Assembly (NCBI GenBank): GCA_030167865.1
Contig: JALAGF010005483.1
Span: 52,806-72,805, forward strand
Direction: 5' to 3'
From: Craspedostauros australis
Lineage: Eukaryota
Length of the DNA: 20,000 nucleotides
This document shows positions 19,020 through 20,000 of this stretch, piece by piece. Numbering within the stretch: the stretch's first letter is position 1; every line of letters begins with the position of its first letter. The notes beneath the pieces are model-generated. The model was not told the origin of the DNA, ran no database searches, and saw nothing but the letters and a program-made list of their open reading frames with translations. Made by a program: the position numbers and the translations under genes.

Positions 19020-20000
19020 GGAGGAGCATGCGCGTCGAACAGCAATGGTATCTTTAGATTCTTTGGTCTTGTCTCTGTTGCTCACACGTCTCTTGAGGTC
19101 TGACTTGTTCGTTTGCGTGGTGTATTTGTTCAGTACGTACAACTGTGTGCGTTTCATGTGATGTGATGTGTTGCGTTGTGCGTCACAGTGCGTGTGCTGA
19201 CACGCATGTTGGTATCTTCTTGTCGACGAGCAATCGTCTTGGTCGACTGTTTACTGCCCGACCTTCTGGGGCAATTCCGAAAGAAGGGGACAAAAGAGAA
19301 GAGGGTGCCTCCTCCACGTGTGGTTGCCCAGACGAAGGAATTGAGCAACGATCTATGCTCCACACATAGCCTTCGATGTGTTTGAGTGCCAGTTGAGCCC
19401 AAAGATCTGCAAGAAGACAGTCGCGGCGATCGCAAGGCACAGACATGATCATGGATTCGGCAGGTTGATGCGCAGAGTGTGGAGGAAGGGTGACGAGCCC
19501 GCGTCCATCGCAAGCTGTTCTGGTGTCGAGCGCACAAGCTTCGCCCCGCATTGGTGGACTGGGCAGCTGGTGGTGACAACCGACACCACCTGCTCATGTT
19601 TGTTTTTGTCCTGTTCTGATGCGGATTGGCCAATGGGAGAACGACAACAGCTTGTGCGGGATGAAGCGGAGGAACCCTCGCCATGAGGTTGGTGTCAACA
19701 GGAATGAACGATCCTTGTTCGCGTCTGGGGCAGGAGTGCGCGATGAGTTCCACTTCAAGGATCCTTCTGCCCACTTTGGAGGGGTACTTGGGTCTCCAAG
19801 ATCGTCAGATCCTTTCCTTCGGGGAGTGCTCAAGTGAAGGGCAAGAGGAACGGTTGATAGCTCGTACTATATTCTTGCATTGCATTATGACCCGGGTTCA
19901 ACAGGATCGATGGATATTCCCCGATGATTCCAAATTGCTGCCTCTTAAACTTCACACATCGATAGCCCTATATGTGAGGACCCTACACAACCCTCAAGAC

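Noticed and set aside
19154..20000. ORFs at the right end (206 aa and smaller)
   Set aside because: No coding bias or motifs. More likely the upstream region of the hydrolase-fold gene.

Overview
Eukaryotic nuclear DNA, very probably a diatom: GT-AG introns, a bipartite signal + 'A-F' plastid-targeting leader, GC3-rich coding regions and microsatellite-rich intergenic DNA. Seven protein-coding genes are supported. (1) RNI-like leucine-rich-repeat protein (-). (2) A two-exon gene split by the ORF track, encoding a divergent ubiquitin-like domain ending in RLRGG fused to a 45-aa hydrophobic, Cys-rich tail ending in CCL (-). (3) Vms1/ANKZF1-family VLRF1 ribosome-quality-control factor (-). (4) Coiled-coil + PH + C-terminal UIM protein (+). 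(5) Type II membrane GT8-like glycosyltransferase (+). (6) Three-exon, probably plastid-targeted acetylornithine aminotransferase argD (+). (7) Alpha/beta-hydrolase-fold protein with an apparently degenerate catalytic site (-). The most interesting items are the spliced UBL-GG-membrane-tail protein, three adjacent ubiquitin-system genes, the putative pseudo-hydrolase and a recurrent non-coding palindrome TACTAGTA. No RNA genes, CRISPR arrays or recognisable mobile elements were seen. All family assignments come from reading motifs by eye; no database searches were run.
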